From Acidobacteriota bacterium (GTDB lineage Bacteria; Acidobacteriota; UBA6911; RPQK01; JADFOI01): a stretch of DNA of 64,000 nucleotides. Position 1 is the first letter of the stretch, and each line of letters begins with the position of its first letter. A program made the translations under genes and the position numbers. Shown here piece by piece: positions 50,435-61,505 of this stretch. The notes beneath the pieces were generated by a model. That model saw nothing but the letters and a program-made list of their open reading frames with translations, did not search any database and was not told where the DNA came from. The stretch spans positions 2,752,001 through 2,816,000 of the forward strand of contig OY760074.1 of NCBI GenBank assembly GCA_963663035.1, in the 5' to 3' direction.

Positions 50435-51331
50435 ATGAATGATAAATCGGGTAACAATTCAGGCATGATGTCCAATATCTCGGATTTCCTTGAGCAAGAA
50501 GAATCTGACCACTTAGTTAACCTTCCTATTGGCGATATCGATCCAAATCCAAACCAAGATCGCCATTCTTGGGAAGAGCCCGAGACCACCGCGCACCTTG
50601 AGGCAATGACTGCCAGTGTCAAAACAAACGGCGTGCGGCGCCCCATCGAGGTTTTTGAACATGTGCCCGGGCGCTTCCAGATTATCGCTGGCGAAATACG
50701 TTACCGGGCGGCAAAGGCTGCGGATCTAGACACGATTCTCGCCTTAGTGAGATTGAACCTGGATGAAAAGCAACGCAGTCTAGATATGTTCACGGAGAAT
50801 TTTTCCCGCTTGGGACTCATGCCGATGGAACTCGCCCGTGCGTTGAAGAAACGAATAGACCAAGGTATTACCCGCGAAGAATTGATGACCGCTGTTGGGA
50901 AAGACAAAGCTTGGTTAAGTCGGATACTTGGTCTCCTACAATTACCTGATGACGTACAAACCTTTGCCGCATCTGGCAAGGTCCGCGATCCAGCTCGACT
51001 GCATGCGCTGGGCCAGCTCGAAGAAGAAACTCGTGGGGTCACACTTGCGCGGATCGAAAGCGGAGAAATTACTACGAAAGATGCATTGGCTGCTCAGAAA
51101 CAGACCTCCCGTACTGACAAAAAATCGACGAAACTAGACGCAAAAAAGGTCAGTAAACAGTTCGTGCCTAACCTCACTATGACGCCGGACGAAGCCCGTG
51201 CGTTGATAGTACACTTTCACCCTGATTGGCCTCCTTGCGAAACCGATTACGATCTTGATGAACGATTTAAAATTATCCTTGGCGAACTCAAGAGTGGTGA
51301 AATTAGGCCAGCAGCTACACCCGAAGCATAA
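50435..51331 (+). CDS. parB: ParB-family protein
   Basis: IDPNPNQDR, GVRRPI, IIAGEIRYRAAK, EN..R, HTH. Confidence 0.9.
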   Translation: MNDKSGNNSGMMSNISDFLEQEESDHLVNLPIGDIDPNPNQDRHSWEEPETTAHLEAMTASVKTNGVRRPIEVFEHVPGRFQIIAGEIRYRAAKAADLDTILALVRLNLDEKQRSLDMFTENFSRLGLMPMELARALKKRIDQGITREELMTAVGKDKAWLSRILGLLQLPDDVQTFAASGKVRDPARLHALGQLEEETRGVTLARIESGEITTKDALAAQKQTSRTDKKSTKLDAKKVSKQFVPNLTMTPDEARALIVHFHPDWPPCETDYDLDERFKIILGELKSGEIRPAATPEA

Positions 51332-51378
51332 GATCAGATCGCACGTTGCTTGATAGTAATATCATTATATGATATCAT

Positions 51379-51639
51379 GTGTGTGTGCGAAAGAAACACC
51401 GCAAGACCTTGGAGGTGATCTTCAAGCGGCCCACCCAGTCCGGTGTCAACTGGGCGGATATCGAATCGCTTTTCGCAGCCTGCGGTGCCTACATCGAGGA
51501 GCGGGAAGGTTCCAGGGTCTACGTCGAATTGAACGATGTGGCGGGTCACTTCCATAGACCCCACCCCGAGAAGGAAACCCGAAAAGGAGCCGTAGAGTCA
51601 GTGAGGAGATTTCTAAGGGAGGCAGCGATAGAACCATGA
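51379..51639 (+). CDS. hicA: HicA toxin
   Basis: WADIESL, EREGSRV, FHRPHP.KE..KGAV. Confidence 0.9.
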   Translation: MCVRKKHRKTLEVIFKRPTQSGVNWADIESLFAACGAYIEEREGSRVYVELNDVAGHFHRPHPEKETRKGAVESVRRFLREAAIEP

Positions 51640-51971
51640 TGGAACACAAAGGATACCGTGCGGTGGTTACTTTCGATGACGCGGCCGACGTCTTCCATGG
51701 AGAAGTGATGGATACTCGGGACGTGATTGTTTTTGAGGGCACCTCCGCCGCCCAACTCAGGAAGGAATTCGAATTCTCGGTTGACGACTACCTGAAGGTC
51801 TGCGAAGAACGAGGGCGGACTCCAGATAAGCCATTCTCCGGGAAGATCCCCCTCCGGGTTCCGTCTGCGGTCCACCGAGCTGCCACCGCAGCCGCTAGGG
51901 CCCATGGAAAAAGCCTCAACGCCTGGATTACCGAGACGGTAGAAGAGGCGGCAGGGAAGACAGTCGGGTAG
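51636..51971 (+). CDS. hicB: HicB antitoxin
   Basis: HKGY...FHGEV...VDDYL...KPFSGKIPLRV...GKSLNAW. Confidence 0.9.
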   Translation: MMEHKGYRAVVTFDDAADVFHGEVMDTRDVIVFEGTSAAQLRKEFEFSVDDYLKVCEERGRTPDKPFSGKIPLRVPSAVHRAATAAARAHGKSLNAWITETVEEAAGKTVG

Positions 51972-52159
51972 AGGCGTGGGTTATAAAAACAGATCTGCTC
52001 GCAGATGGTAAAAACCGAAGCATTAGTAGTCATTTCGATGGAACCGTTCGCTGCATTCAGGCGGAAACGTTCGAGGTCTCAACGCCACCCGAGGCGGCGC
52101 TCTGCAAGGAGTGCGCTCTGCGGGAGCGAGGGGGTCATCAGAAGATCCGAGGTGTTTGC

Positions 52160-52640
52160 ATGACACCCGATGACCTCAGAATCCTCATCCAGGAAGGGGA
52201 GGGCACGAAACTCGAGTTCAAGGAGGCTCTCTCGTCGTTGTTTGTACGGGAAATTGTGACTCGGGGCAACACCATCGGCGGCGAGATTCTTCTCGGCGTG
52301 CACGACTCCAACACTTTACGAGCCCGCATTCAGGACATCGCCCGCAACTGCGATCCACCGGTGGAGGTTCGAGCGGAGACAGAGGAACGTCCGATGGAGC
52401 TAGTCACCGGGGAAGTTCGACTACTACGGGTGATGTCAGGTGAAATGACCAGGCAGCGCCTCCAGGAAGCTCTTGGTCTGAAGCACGAGGACCATTTCCA
52501 CAAGGCCTATCTGATCCCTGCCCTGCGGTCCGGTCTGATCGAAATGAAGATCCCGGACCAGCCGCGCAGCAGCAAATAGCGCTACCGCCTGGCGACGGCG
52601 GGAAGCGCATACCTGAAACAAACCGAAGAGAAACGGTAAA
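52160..52640 (+). pseudogene. Internally deleted AlbA/Schlafen-domain gene with winged-helix tail
   Basis: EGEGTKLEFKE...NTIGGEILLGVHD, then LGLKH..HF..AYL.PAL..GLIEM.IPDQPRSSK*RYRL. Confidence 0.7.
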
Positions 52641-52791
52641 TGTCAAAGATCGACATCACGGAAACCAAGTTGGTCTGGTTCGGCAAGGACAACGTGGTAT
52701 CTCAATCCGGATCCGTTACGAACAAATGTACCGGCCACACAACAAAGAACGCTGACGGTAGGAACTGCCCGATGCTTCGGGAGCAAAAAGC

Positions 52792-55700
52792 TTGAGTAAC
52801 AGCTTTCAAAAGACCCTTGACCACATCCGGTCCATTGCCGATTCCGAAGCACACAAGGGCCGCCTCTTCGAGAGGCTGATGAAGACGTACTTTATCGAGG
52901 ATCCACTTTACAAGGAAAGGTTCTCCCATGTTTGGTTGTGGTCCGAGTGGTCGGCCCTGAAGCCGGGATTCGATGGTGCCGATACGGGCATCGATCTGGT
53001 TGCCGAGGAGCGCGAAGGCGGTTACTGCGCCATTCAGTGCAAGTGCTACGCACCTGGTACGCGGATTTCAAAGCCCCATCTTGATTCGTTCATCGCCGCC
53101 TCGGCCCGCGAGCCCTTCACCGCCCGCGTCGTCGTCGATACCGGCGATGGGTGGGGGCCGAACGCGGTCAAGACCATCGTTCCCCTGAAGCACACCTGCA
53201 CGGTGCTCCGTCTCGACGATCTCACGAGCCGACCGTTCGACTGGCCGGATCTGGTCCACGAAGAACCGGAGGCGCTGACGTATCGGCGTGAGCCTTTCAG
53301 TCTGCGGCCCCATCAGAAGGCCGCGCTCGACGACGTAGCCAGAGGCTTCGAGGCGCATGATCGTGGCAAGTTGATCATGGCCTGCGGGACGGGGAAGACC
53401 TTTGCCGCGCTACGCATAGCTGAAGCCATCGCGGGGATCGGGGGCCGGGTGCTCTATCTTGTGCCGTCGATATCACTGTTCCAACAATCCATGCGGGAAT
53501 GGGCGACGCAACAGGCAATCCCGCATCGCTATATCGGAATCTGCTCCGATACCCGCGCTGGTCGAAACGACGAGGACGCATCGCTTCAGGAACTCGAGAT
53601 CCCGGTCACCACAGATCCGTCGACGATTTCCCGGGCGTTGCGGTTATCGTGTACGGAGGCGATAACCGTGGTTTTTTGCACCTACCACTCGCTCGCCATC
53701 GTGGAACAGGCGCAAGACGATGGGGCACCCGTATTCGACATCATCCTTTGCGACGAGGCCCACAGAACGACCGGCATCGAGCAGCCCGGTGACAAGACCT
53801 CGCCCTTCGTGCTGGTTCACGATGCTCAAAGAATTCGGGCATCAAAGCGCCTCTATATGACCGCCACGCCGCGTCTCTACACTGAGGGCGCGAAGGCAAA
53901 AGCGGCACGCCACGACATCGAAGTGTTCTCCATGGACGATGAGGTGACCTATGGACCGGAGTTTCACTGCCTGCCCTTCTCCCGGTCCGTCGAACAGGAT
54001 CTGTTGTCCGACTACAAGGTCGTGGTTCTCGCCATGTCCGAGCAACATGTCGACGCTGCGCTGCAGGCGCATCTGGCAACGGGTGACAGCGAGATCAACA
54101 TCACCGACGCAGCGAAGATCGTTGGTTGCTGGCGCGCGTTGCAGAACCCCGAGAACAGGCTCCCCGGCAACGGACCGATACCCCGCCTGACCCGTGCGAT
54201 CGCATTCACCAACACGATCCTCTCATCGAAGCGGCTGGTGGATCATTGGGAAAACATCGTCGGGCACGCCATCGAACTATTGCCCGCGCGGGATCGTCCG
54301 GGCGCTTTCCGCTGCGAGACGCGCCACGTCGATGGACAGCACCACGCGCTCGATCGCAAGGCCCGAATCGAATGGCTTAAGGGCGATTCCGGGGGAACCT
54401 GCCGCATTCTCTCGAACGCCCGGTGCCTATCCGAGGGCATCGACGTGCCGGCGCTCGATGCCGTGCTCTTCATGAGTCCTCGAAATTCTCAGATCGATAT
54501 CGTGCAGGCCGTTGGTCGCGTCATGCGCAAGGCGGCGGGGAAGCAGTACGGCTATATCGTGCTTCCGGTGGCCCTGCCGGCAGGTGTAGAACCGGCTACT
54601 GCGCTCGACGACAACGAACGGTTCGCTGCTGTCTGGAGAGTCCTGCGCGCGCTACGCTCACACGACGACTGGTTCGATGCCGAGATTAACAAGATCGACC
54701 TCAATGACACGCCGACTGATCGGATCATCTTCAGCGGCGATGGGGTTGATGGTCAGGTTGGCGGGTCGAGTGCCCCCGAGCTGCCCTTCCCGCCACTCGA
54801 TCTGCCACCCGGAGCGATCTTCGCTAAGGTCGTCGAGAAATGCGGGGACCGTAAATACTGGGAGACCTGGGCCAAGGACGTGGCCGACATCTTCTCGCGG
54901 CTCGTCCATCGGATCGAGAATCTTCTGGACAGTCCCGATAACCAGACCCTGCACGAATGGTTCGACGCCTTCCACGAGGAACTTAGGGGTTCGATCAACG
55001 AGTCGATTACCCGCAAAAATGCCATCGAAATGATGGCGCAGCACATTCTGACACGGCCGGTCTTCGAGGCGTTGTTCGAACATTACGATTTCGCCGCAGG
55101 CAACCCGGTGGCGCGGGCGTTGGACGCCCTGCGACAGGATTTCGGGGAGTTCGGCCTGGAGAACGAGACGCGGGATCTGGAACGCTTCTACGAAAGCGTC
55201 CGCATGCGCGCGCGTGGTCTTGACAACAGCGAAGCACGGCAACGCGTGCTGATGGAACTCTATGAGAAGTTTTTCGCCACAGCCCTTAAAAAGGACGCGG
55301 ACCGTCTCGGCATCGTCTACACGCCGGTGGAAGTCGTGGATTTCATCCTGAGCAGTGCCGATCACGTGTTGCGCCGGGAGTTCGGCCGAAGCCTGAGCGA
55401 CGAGGGCGTTCATGTCCTCGACCCCTTCACTGGCTCCGGCATCTTTCTCGTTCGGCTGATCCAGTCCGCGCTTGTCCGGGAATCCGATCTCGCAAGGAAA
55501 TACCACAGAGAGTTCCACGCCAACGAGATCGTCCTGCTGGCCTACTACATCGCGGCCATCCACATTGAGGAGGCGTTCCACAGTCGGCGCGGCCCCGAGA
55601 GCGCCTATGAGCCCTTCGACGGTATCGTCTTGACCGATACGTTTAATCTGCACACCGACAGGACAGGCTTCCCGAAGAATTGGCTTCCGGTCAACAGCGG

Positions 55701-56151
55701 GCGTGTGGAACGCCAACAGGATTTGCCGATTCAGGTTATTGTCGGCAATCCTCCGTGGTCGGCGGGGCAGAGGAGCTCCGCGGACGACAACCCGAACGTC
55801 GACTATCCCGAGCTCGAGAAGCGCATCGCAAAAACCTATGCAGCACGCTCCCGTTCGACGAACAAGAACAGTCTCTATGACACCTATAAGATGGCAATCC
55901 GCTGGGCGTCGGACCGGATTGGCGAACAAGGAGTGGTTGCGCTCGTCACCAACGGCTCTTGGATCGATGGTAACGTGGATTCGGGCGTTCGCGCCTGCCT
56001 GGCGGAGGAATTCAGCTCGGTTTATGTTCTGAACCTGCGGGGCAATCAGCGGACCCAGGGAGAACGCTCGCGTCGGGAAGGGGGCAAAGTATTCGGCAAT
56101 TCTTGTGCGCTGACCGGTTCCGTTCTCAGCCCGCGCTGCTGCAGGCGCTGA
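52792..56151 (+). pseudogene. Type ISP R-M enzyme (Mrr-like nuclease, SF2 helicase, MTase), truncated before the TRD
   Basis: GIDLVA..IQCK, MACGTGKT, DEAH, TATP, SEGIDVP, QAVGRVMR, GIVYTP, DPFTGSG, NPPW; homology ends at EGGKVFG (about 56097). Confidence 0.88.
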
Positions 56152-56345
56152 AGCTGTTCGGCGGTGACTTCCACCACCAAGTATCCATTTTCGTACTTGG
56201 ATTCGATCGGCTCCAAACCTGCGGCAATAAGCCGGCCGGTCGGCAGATCGTCGAAGAAGACACGGACGATCGTCTCTTCGCCGGAGATCTGCGCCCGCAG
56301 CTCAGGGCCAATCGCCGCAACAAGGATGCTCAACATAAAAAGAAT
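56098..56345 (-). pseudogene. N-terminal fragment of a secreted protein (peptidase propeptide-like)
   Basis: Signal peptide, then IVRVFFDD...YLVVEVTAEQLQRLQQRG; ends at the junction with the type ISP gene. Confidence 0.4.
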
Positions 56346-56496
56346 GGCCGGCCCACCACGAGCCACCCGAAGAACCCGGTCTAGAGTTGAAGGCCGGTTT
56401 TTACTTTTGTAGGGAAGACGCGACACTTCCGATTCATTGGCCAGAAGACCGGTGTTCGACGCCATCTGTGCGGTGTCAAGCCTCACTGGGCGTCAC

Positions 56497-56817
56497 TCAT
56501 GTTCGAGCAATTGCTATTCGGCCAGAAGTTCGCCAGCTCCCACCCACCGGTCGCTCGAATCGGCGCCAGCGCTTTTCACACGTGTCCGCATAGCGAACGA
56601 CCCAACGCAAAATCGTGGAGTGCGAAATCGATAAACCCCGCTCACCTAAAATCGCGACCGGATCTCGGTAACTCAGTTTGAAGCGAAAATACCAGCGAAG
56701 GCAGAGGAGAATGATGTCGTCTTCGAACCAACGTCCAGCAAATAGAGGATTCCGTTCAGTTTTACGATGCGCCATATCCCATTATCGCCAATTCCCTTCG
56801 CTGTCTGCACCAGAACC
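56497..56817 (-). mobile_element. IS6-family 5' fragment
   Basis: FAGRWFEDDIILLCLRWYFRFKLSYRD...ERG...HSTILRWV; end GGTTCTGGTGCA. Confidence 0.8.
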
Positions 56818-56993
56818 CCCTCGTGTCGGTTCTCAAACTGCGCGGAGGCGCGGAGCGCGGTCTCGCGGGTCACATCCGATCTCCCGTTGTACATGATCAA
56901 CGGTTGTAACGAGTCCCAAATCCCGATCTCCCAGTCAATCAAGGTGCCGTAGCAGTCGAGCGTCAGGACACGGTAGTCGGTCAGCCGAAGCAT
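56818..56993 (-). pseudogene. HAD-family hydrolase N-terminus, cut by IS6
   Basis: VLTLDCYGTLIDWEIGI. Confidence 0.8.
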
Positions 56994-56997
56994 GGTT

Positions 56998-57672
56998 TTA
57001 CGTTCCTTTCCGCCCGATGACGACCGTCATCCCAGCCTCAGCCCAGACGCACTCGGCACCGAAGCCGGCCGACTCGACAGCCGCTAGCTCCTCTTCAAGT
57101 GGAAAGTAGGTATCCTCTTCGGCCCATTCCTTGAAGTGTTCGAGTACACGCCGCTCTTCGACACCCTGCGCCACCATGTAATCGGCCCACGCGCGCCACG
57201 TCGCCTCGCGTGCGACCGGTTCTGCGGGCATCGTCGCGTCCGCGTTGACGAAAACCCCGGCCGGTCCAAGCGCGTCGTGGATGCGCCGGTAAAGCGCGCG
57301 CTTCGTGTCAATCGTCGGGATATGGTGCAGGGCCAGCGAAGCTGCCACGCCGTCACAGTGCGGCAACGCTGCGAGAAACGACCGCTCAGAGAATCGAACG
57401 CGGCCGGCAAACCGCGCGAGACGCTTCCGGGCATGGGCGAGCATTTCCCGGTCAACGTCGATCAGCTCGACGGTCCCGGTTCCCGCCGTGAGAATCACCT
57501 CGGAGAGCGCGCCGGTTCCGCCCCCAAGGTCTAGCACCAAGCCGGAACCGACAGAGGACAGCTCATGGGCCGCTGCGTCGAGCATTGCCTCGTAACCGGG
57601 AATGTACCGGCGAATCGTCTCATCGTAGGCATCGATTTCAATTCGCATGTGTCGGCGCACGGAATGACTCAT
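56998..57672 (-). CDS. Class I SAM-dependent methyltransferase
   Basis: VLDLGGGTG, SLALHH, L.P.GVFVNAD. Confidence 0.9.
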   Translation of the reverse strand: MSHSVRRHMRIEIDAYDETIRRYIPGYEAMLDAAAHELSSVGSGLVLDLGGGTGALSEVILTAGTGTVELIDVDREMLAHARKRLARFAGRVRFSERSFLAALPHCDGVAASLALHHIPTIDTKRALYRRIHDALGPAGVFVNADATMPAEPVAREATWRAWADYMVAQGVEERRVLEHFKEWAEEDTYFPLEEELAAVESAGFGAECVWAEAGMTVVIGRKGT

Positions 57673-57801
57673 TTCCTTCCTTTGCTCGGTTGGCCTGATC
57701 GGGCCGAGAGGCATTGTCAAGTTAACGCATCACAAACTGAGACAGCCCCAAGATATCGTTAGTAAAACCACGTCTGAATACTCGATGGGGTGGCTTGAAC
57801 C

Positions 57802-58341
57802 TGACCTGCCCCCACGAACGAGTCCACCCTCTAAGTTAGACTCGGAGCCATTTGAAGTCCACTCCACGGGATAAGATCCAGTGCCTGCGACCTAGGTAGT
57901 TTGGCCTCTGGCGCCGGCGGCCGATAGGCCAAGGCGCTGTGAGGCCGGATCTGATTGTAATCCCTCCGCCAGCGTTCTACCAACACCTTGGCTTCCCCCA
58001 GCGTGTCGAAGATCTCCATGTTCAGCAGCTCATCCCGTAGTTTCCCGTTTAAACTCTCAATGTACCCATTCTCCCAGGGGCTGCCCGGCTCGATGTACAA
58101 GGTCCTTACCCCAACAGCCTGCAGCCAGTCCCGGACCGCCTGTGCCGTAAACTCCGATCCGTTATCGGACCGGATAAACTCAGGCACTCCCCGATCAACG
58201 AATAACTCCGCCAACCGGCCCAACACGTCTTGGTGATTCATCTGCCGTTTCACATCAATGGCGAAGCACTCTCTGGTGTACTCATCCAGGATCGTCAATA
58301 GTCGAAAGGCTCGCCCATCATGGGTCCGTTCATGTACGAAA
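57802..58341 (-). mobile_element. Partial second copy of the IS3 element
   Basis: Near-identical to 45580-46120; interrupted at 58341. Confidence 0.9.
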
Positions 58342-58900
58342 TTACCGCTCCAGCCGTTCCTGGCTCGCCGCCAGATCGCGCCGCAGCTTGGCCACGGTGA
58401 AGTTCCGGTCCCGGCTGTTCACCGCCTTGATCCGCGTGCCATCGACCGCGATCAACTCCCGGCCGAACAGTTCCAGGCTCCGGCACACCTTCACGAAGTC
58501 ACGGAACACTTGCCGGAACGCCTCCCGGTTCTCGCGCCGGAAATCCGCAATGGTCTTGAAGTTCGGCCGCAGGCGGCGCAACAGCCAGATCGCCTCCAGC
58601 CGACGGCTGGACCGCACCCGGTTCAGATACCCGTAGATGTACAGCTTCAGCAAGTCGGAGGGATCGTACCCCGGGCGCCCGGTCTCTTTCGGCTCCGCTC
58701 GTTCGAACCCGGCCCCAGCCAAGTCGAGACTGTCGACGAAAGCGTCGATGAACCGCACTGGGTTGTCGGGACCCACATAGTCGTCTACCGTGTCCGGCAG
58801 TAGAAGCACCTGTGCGCGATCTGTCCCTGTGATGTGTGCCATGCCCCATTCTACCTCCAGTAGGCAGGGGGGGCGTCCCGGTGGCTTTTCACACAGTCTG
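58342..58900 (-). mobile_element. IS1182-family 5' fragment (ORF starts at 58842)
   Basis: PVRFIDAFVD, TGRPGYDP..LLKLYIYGYLNRVRSSRRLE, FKTIADFR, DGTRIKA; end CAGACTGTGTGAAAA. Confidence 0.85.
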
Positions 58901-58903
58901 GCT

Positions 58904-59284
58904 CCTTTACGCAAACCCGGCCCGGCTGGGAAGCACAACTGAGGTAATCTGTAAGGTCATGAAGGGTCACGCACTTTATCGCCACTTGCACGTGGACTGG
59001 GTAGGCGAATTAGCCACCGGGTCGATCACGCTGTGCGGCGGCGCGAATGAAGACAGCGGAACCGAACAGACACTCTGCCCCAACTGTGCCCAGGTCCGCG
59101 ATGCCCTGAACGTTTGTGGGTTTGGCCCGGAGAGCCTACGAGAGCTATTTGACGCGCTCCGGGTGATCGACCCTTCCGAGGTGAAAGCGAAGATGGAAGC
59201 GCTTCGAGGTCTGGGGGTGCAGATGGAGATGCAGGATCGGTCGCAACTCAACTAACAGAGCATTGTTGCATGGATCGGGGCGGA
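58904..59284 (+). repeat. Direct repeat, copy 2 (partner 41074-41454)
   Basis: Direct comparison. Confidence 0.9.
58959..59255 (+). CDS. Small putative zinc-binding protein, second copy
   Basis: Paralog of 41129-41425. Confidence 0.6.
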   Translation: MKGHALYRHLHVDWVGELATGSITLCGGANEDSGTEQTLCPNCAQVRDALNVCGFGPESLRELFDALRVIDPSEVKAKMEALRGLGVQMEMQDRSQLN

Positions 59285-59692
59285 AACGGGGCCGGTCGGA
59301 TGGCCTCCCGTTAGAAGGTAACATAAAGGACATTATGTTACCTCAACTACGGAACGCAGGATCTGGTCCCGAAATCCCATCGTTTGATCAGGCTCAATGC
59401 GGTGCATCTGGCCTTTTTGCGCAAGGCCCGCTTCAAGCGGATGCACCGCCAGGGTGACCGGCTCGGTTTCACCCAAAGCGGCCGGCTGCGGCCTCCCAGG
59501 CCTTCGGCATCGTCCGCGCCAGATACCTCCGAAATGGTACCCACCCAACCTGGAGGCCGTATCACCTTTAGTTCGACCCCTCCGGACCCAGTATCTTCTT
59601 GTCCAGGGGTGTTTGCCGAACGTTCTGAGGCCGGATCGGAGGGCTAGGCTCCGCCCTACTCCCGGAGGGGCGATAGCTTTCGTTAACGGTGA

Positions 59693-60163
59693 TTACGGTT
59701 TGCAGTCCTGGTAGTCCGAGGTCATACACGCCCGTGCCAGTTCAGTCGCGCGGCTGATCTCGGCGCGGGTCATGTCACGGTCAAGATTGTCCCGCAACTC
59801 TCTGGCGGCTTCGTGGCCGTTTGCGCCAGCGATGTTGGACCACATGTGCGCGAGCACGGAGTCCTTGAGGACACCCCGCCCGTTGGCGTACATGACCCCG
59901 AGGTTAAGCTGTGCATCGGCAAACCCCTGATCGGCGGACAGACAGTACCAGCGCACGGCTTCGGCAGCGTCCTCCGGGACACCCTGCCCATTGGCGTACA
60001 TGAGCCCGCGGTTGTACTGCGCCTCGGCGTCACCCTGGTCGGCAGCTTGCCGGACCGTGTCGAGATCGTCTTGTGCCGAGAGCACCATGATGGCGAGACC
60101 ACCCGCCACGATCACGGCAGCAGTTATGCGGATCAGCCTTGGTATTTTATTTATCGGCTTCAA
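59693..60163 (-). CDS. Secreted Sel1-repeat protein (two repeats), paralog of 39024-40250
   Basis: Same signal peptide, N-cap and C-cap. Confidence 0.9.
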   Translation of the reverse strand: MKPINKIPRLIRITAAVIVAGGLAIMVLSAQDDLDTVRQAADQGDAEAQYNRGLMYANGQGVPEDAAEAVRWYCLSADQGFADAQLNLGVMYANGRGVLKDSVLAHMWSNIAGANGHEAARELRDNLDRDMTRAEISRATELARACMTSDYQDCKP

Positions 60164-60218
60164 ATGCGGGTTACTCTCCTCTCTCCAGCCCCTAGCATAT
60201 CCGAGTCAGGATGCTAGG

Positions 60219-61031
60219 GGCATTGTCAGAGAAAAACAGGCTTGATTCGGCGGGATGCGTCTTGTAAGTGTCTTTGGATGAAGAGCCCATTTCGCTATTT
60301 CAAGACTTCGCCCGAAATCATCCGCCTTGCGGTGATGATGTATGTGCGCTTCCCACTGTAGCTACGCAATGTTGAGGACCTTCTCCACGAGCGCGGGATC
60401 GAGGTGAGCCACGAGACGATCCGGTTCTGGTGGAACAGTTTTGGCCCGATCTTTGCCGCCGAGCTCCGCAAGAAGCGGAAGGGTCGAATGCGTGCGTTGT
60501 CGGGTTGTCGGTGGCACCTCGATGAGGTGTTCGTGAAAATCCATGGCGAACGCCATTACCTGTGGCGCGCCGTGGACCAGGAAGGCGAGGTGCTGGAGGC
60601 CTTTGTCTCGAAGAAGAGAGACCGCAAGGCCGCCTTGAAATTCCTCAGGAAACTGATGAAGCGCTACCCTAGACCGGATGCGATCATCGCGGATAGGCTA
60701 AGGTCTTACCGCGCGGCATTGCGTGAACTGGGCGGAAGCGGTCGGTGTCAAGCTGGCCGCTGGCGGAACAATCGTGCGGAGAATTCCCACCTGCCGTTCC
60801 GGCGACGAGAACACGCAATGCTCCGTTTCAGGCGGATGCGAAGCCTCCAGAAATTTGCCACCGTCCATTCTTCCGTCTACAACCACTTCAACCTGCGACG
60901 ACTCCTCTGTTCACGGGACAATTTCAAGCTCAACCGCGCCGCTGCACTTGCCCAGTGGCGTCAACTCGGGGCGGCCTAATTCCCTATCGCCAGTGGAGAA
61001 CTCAGACCTGCGGATTTCCTCTGACAGTGCC
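60219..61031 (+). mobile_element. IS6-family element; transposase 60278-60979 has an in-frame TAG at 60359
   Basis: Inverted repeats GGCATTGTCAGAG and CTCTGACAGTGCC; WHLDEVFVKI, YLWRAVD, NNRAENSH. Confidence 0.92.
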
Positions 61032-61091
61032 GTGGGGTAAGCTCATAATAGCCCGGGTTGCCTCAAACATAGGCTTCTAGGAGAACGTAAT

Positions 61092-61505
61092 ATGGGCATG
61101 GGCCGGAAAAGGCGGCAACAGGAATCGCTGTGGATAGCGACCTAGGAGTTGCCGCGAACCAAGGACCACGTCTCCTACTACTGGGTGAACCGGATTCTCG
61201 GAGAACATCAGTTTGATGCGTTTGCCAAGTCGCTGTGCGAGAAATTCTACGCGGTGCGGGGCGGGCCGCGAGTGCCGCCGGGAGTGTACTTCAGGATGCT
61301 ATTGGTCGACTACTGCGAGGCCCTGGCCTCGGAACGTGGGATCGCCTGGCGTTGTACCGACTCCTTAAGACTGCAGAACTTTCTGGGTGTCGGACTAGAC
61401 GGCGATGTTCTGGACCATTCGACGCTATCGCGGATCCGGCATCCGATTGACGTGGAGACGCATGCACCTGGTCAATCCATTGATTCGGCTGACCAAAATG
61501 TTTAG
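61092..61505 (+). pseudogene. IS5/IS1182-like transposase 5' fragment
   Basis: MGMGRK..QESLWIAT*...PPGVYFRMLLV...SERGIAWRC.DSL...DHSTLSRIR. Confidence 0.75.

Noticed and set aside
54658-55929. 423-aa antisense ORF and similar shadow ORFs across BREX and other genes
   Set aside because: Antisense shadows of well-supported GC-rich genes.
57720-57800. Possible second res-like site
   Set aside because: No clear match to the site-I half or subsite spacing.
60359-60361. In-frame TAG codons (also 52577, 61143, 35931) as evidence of recoding
   Set aside because: All lie in decayed or mobile genes, and TAG is used as a normal stop in intact genes such as brxC and repA.
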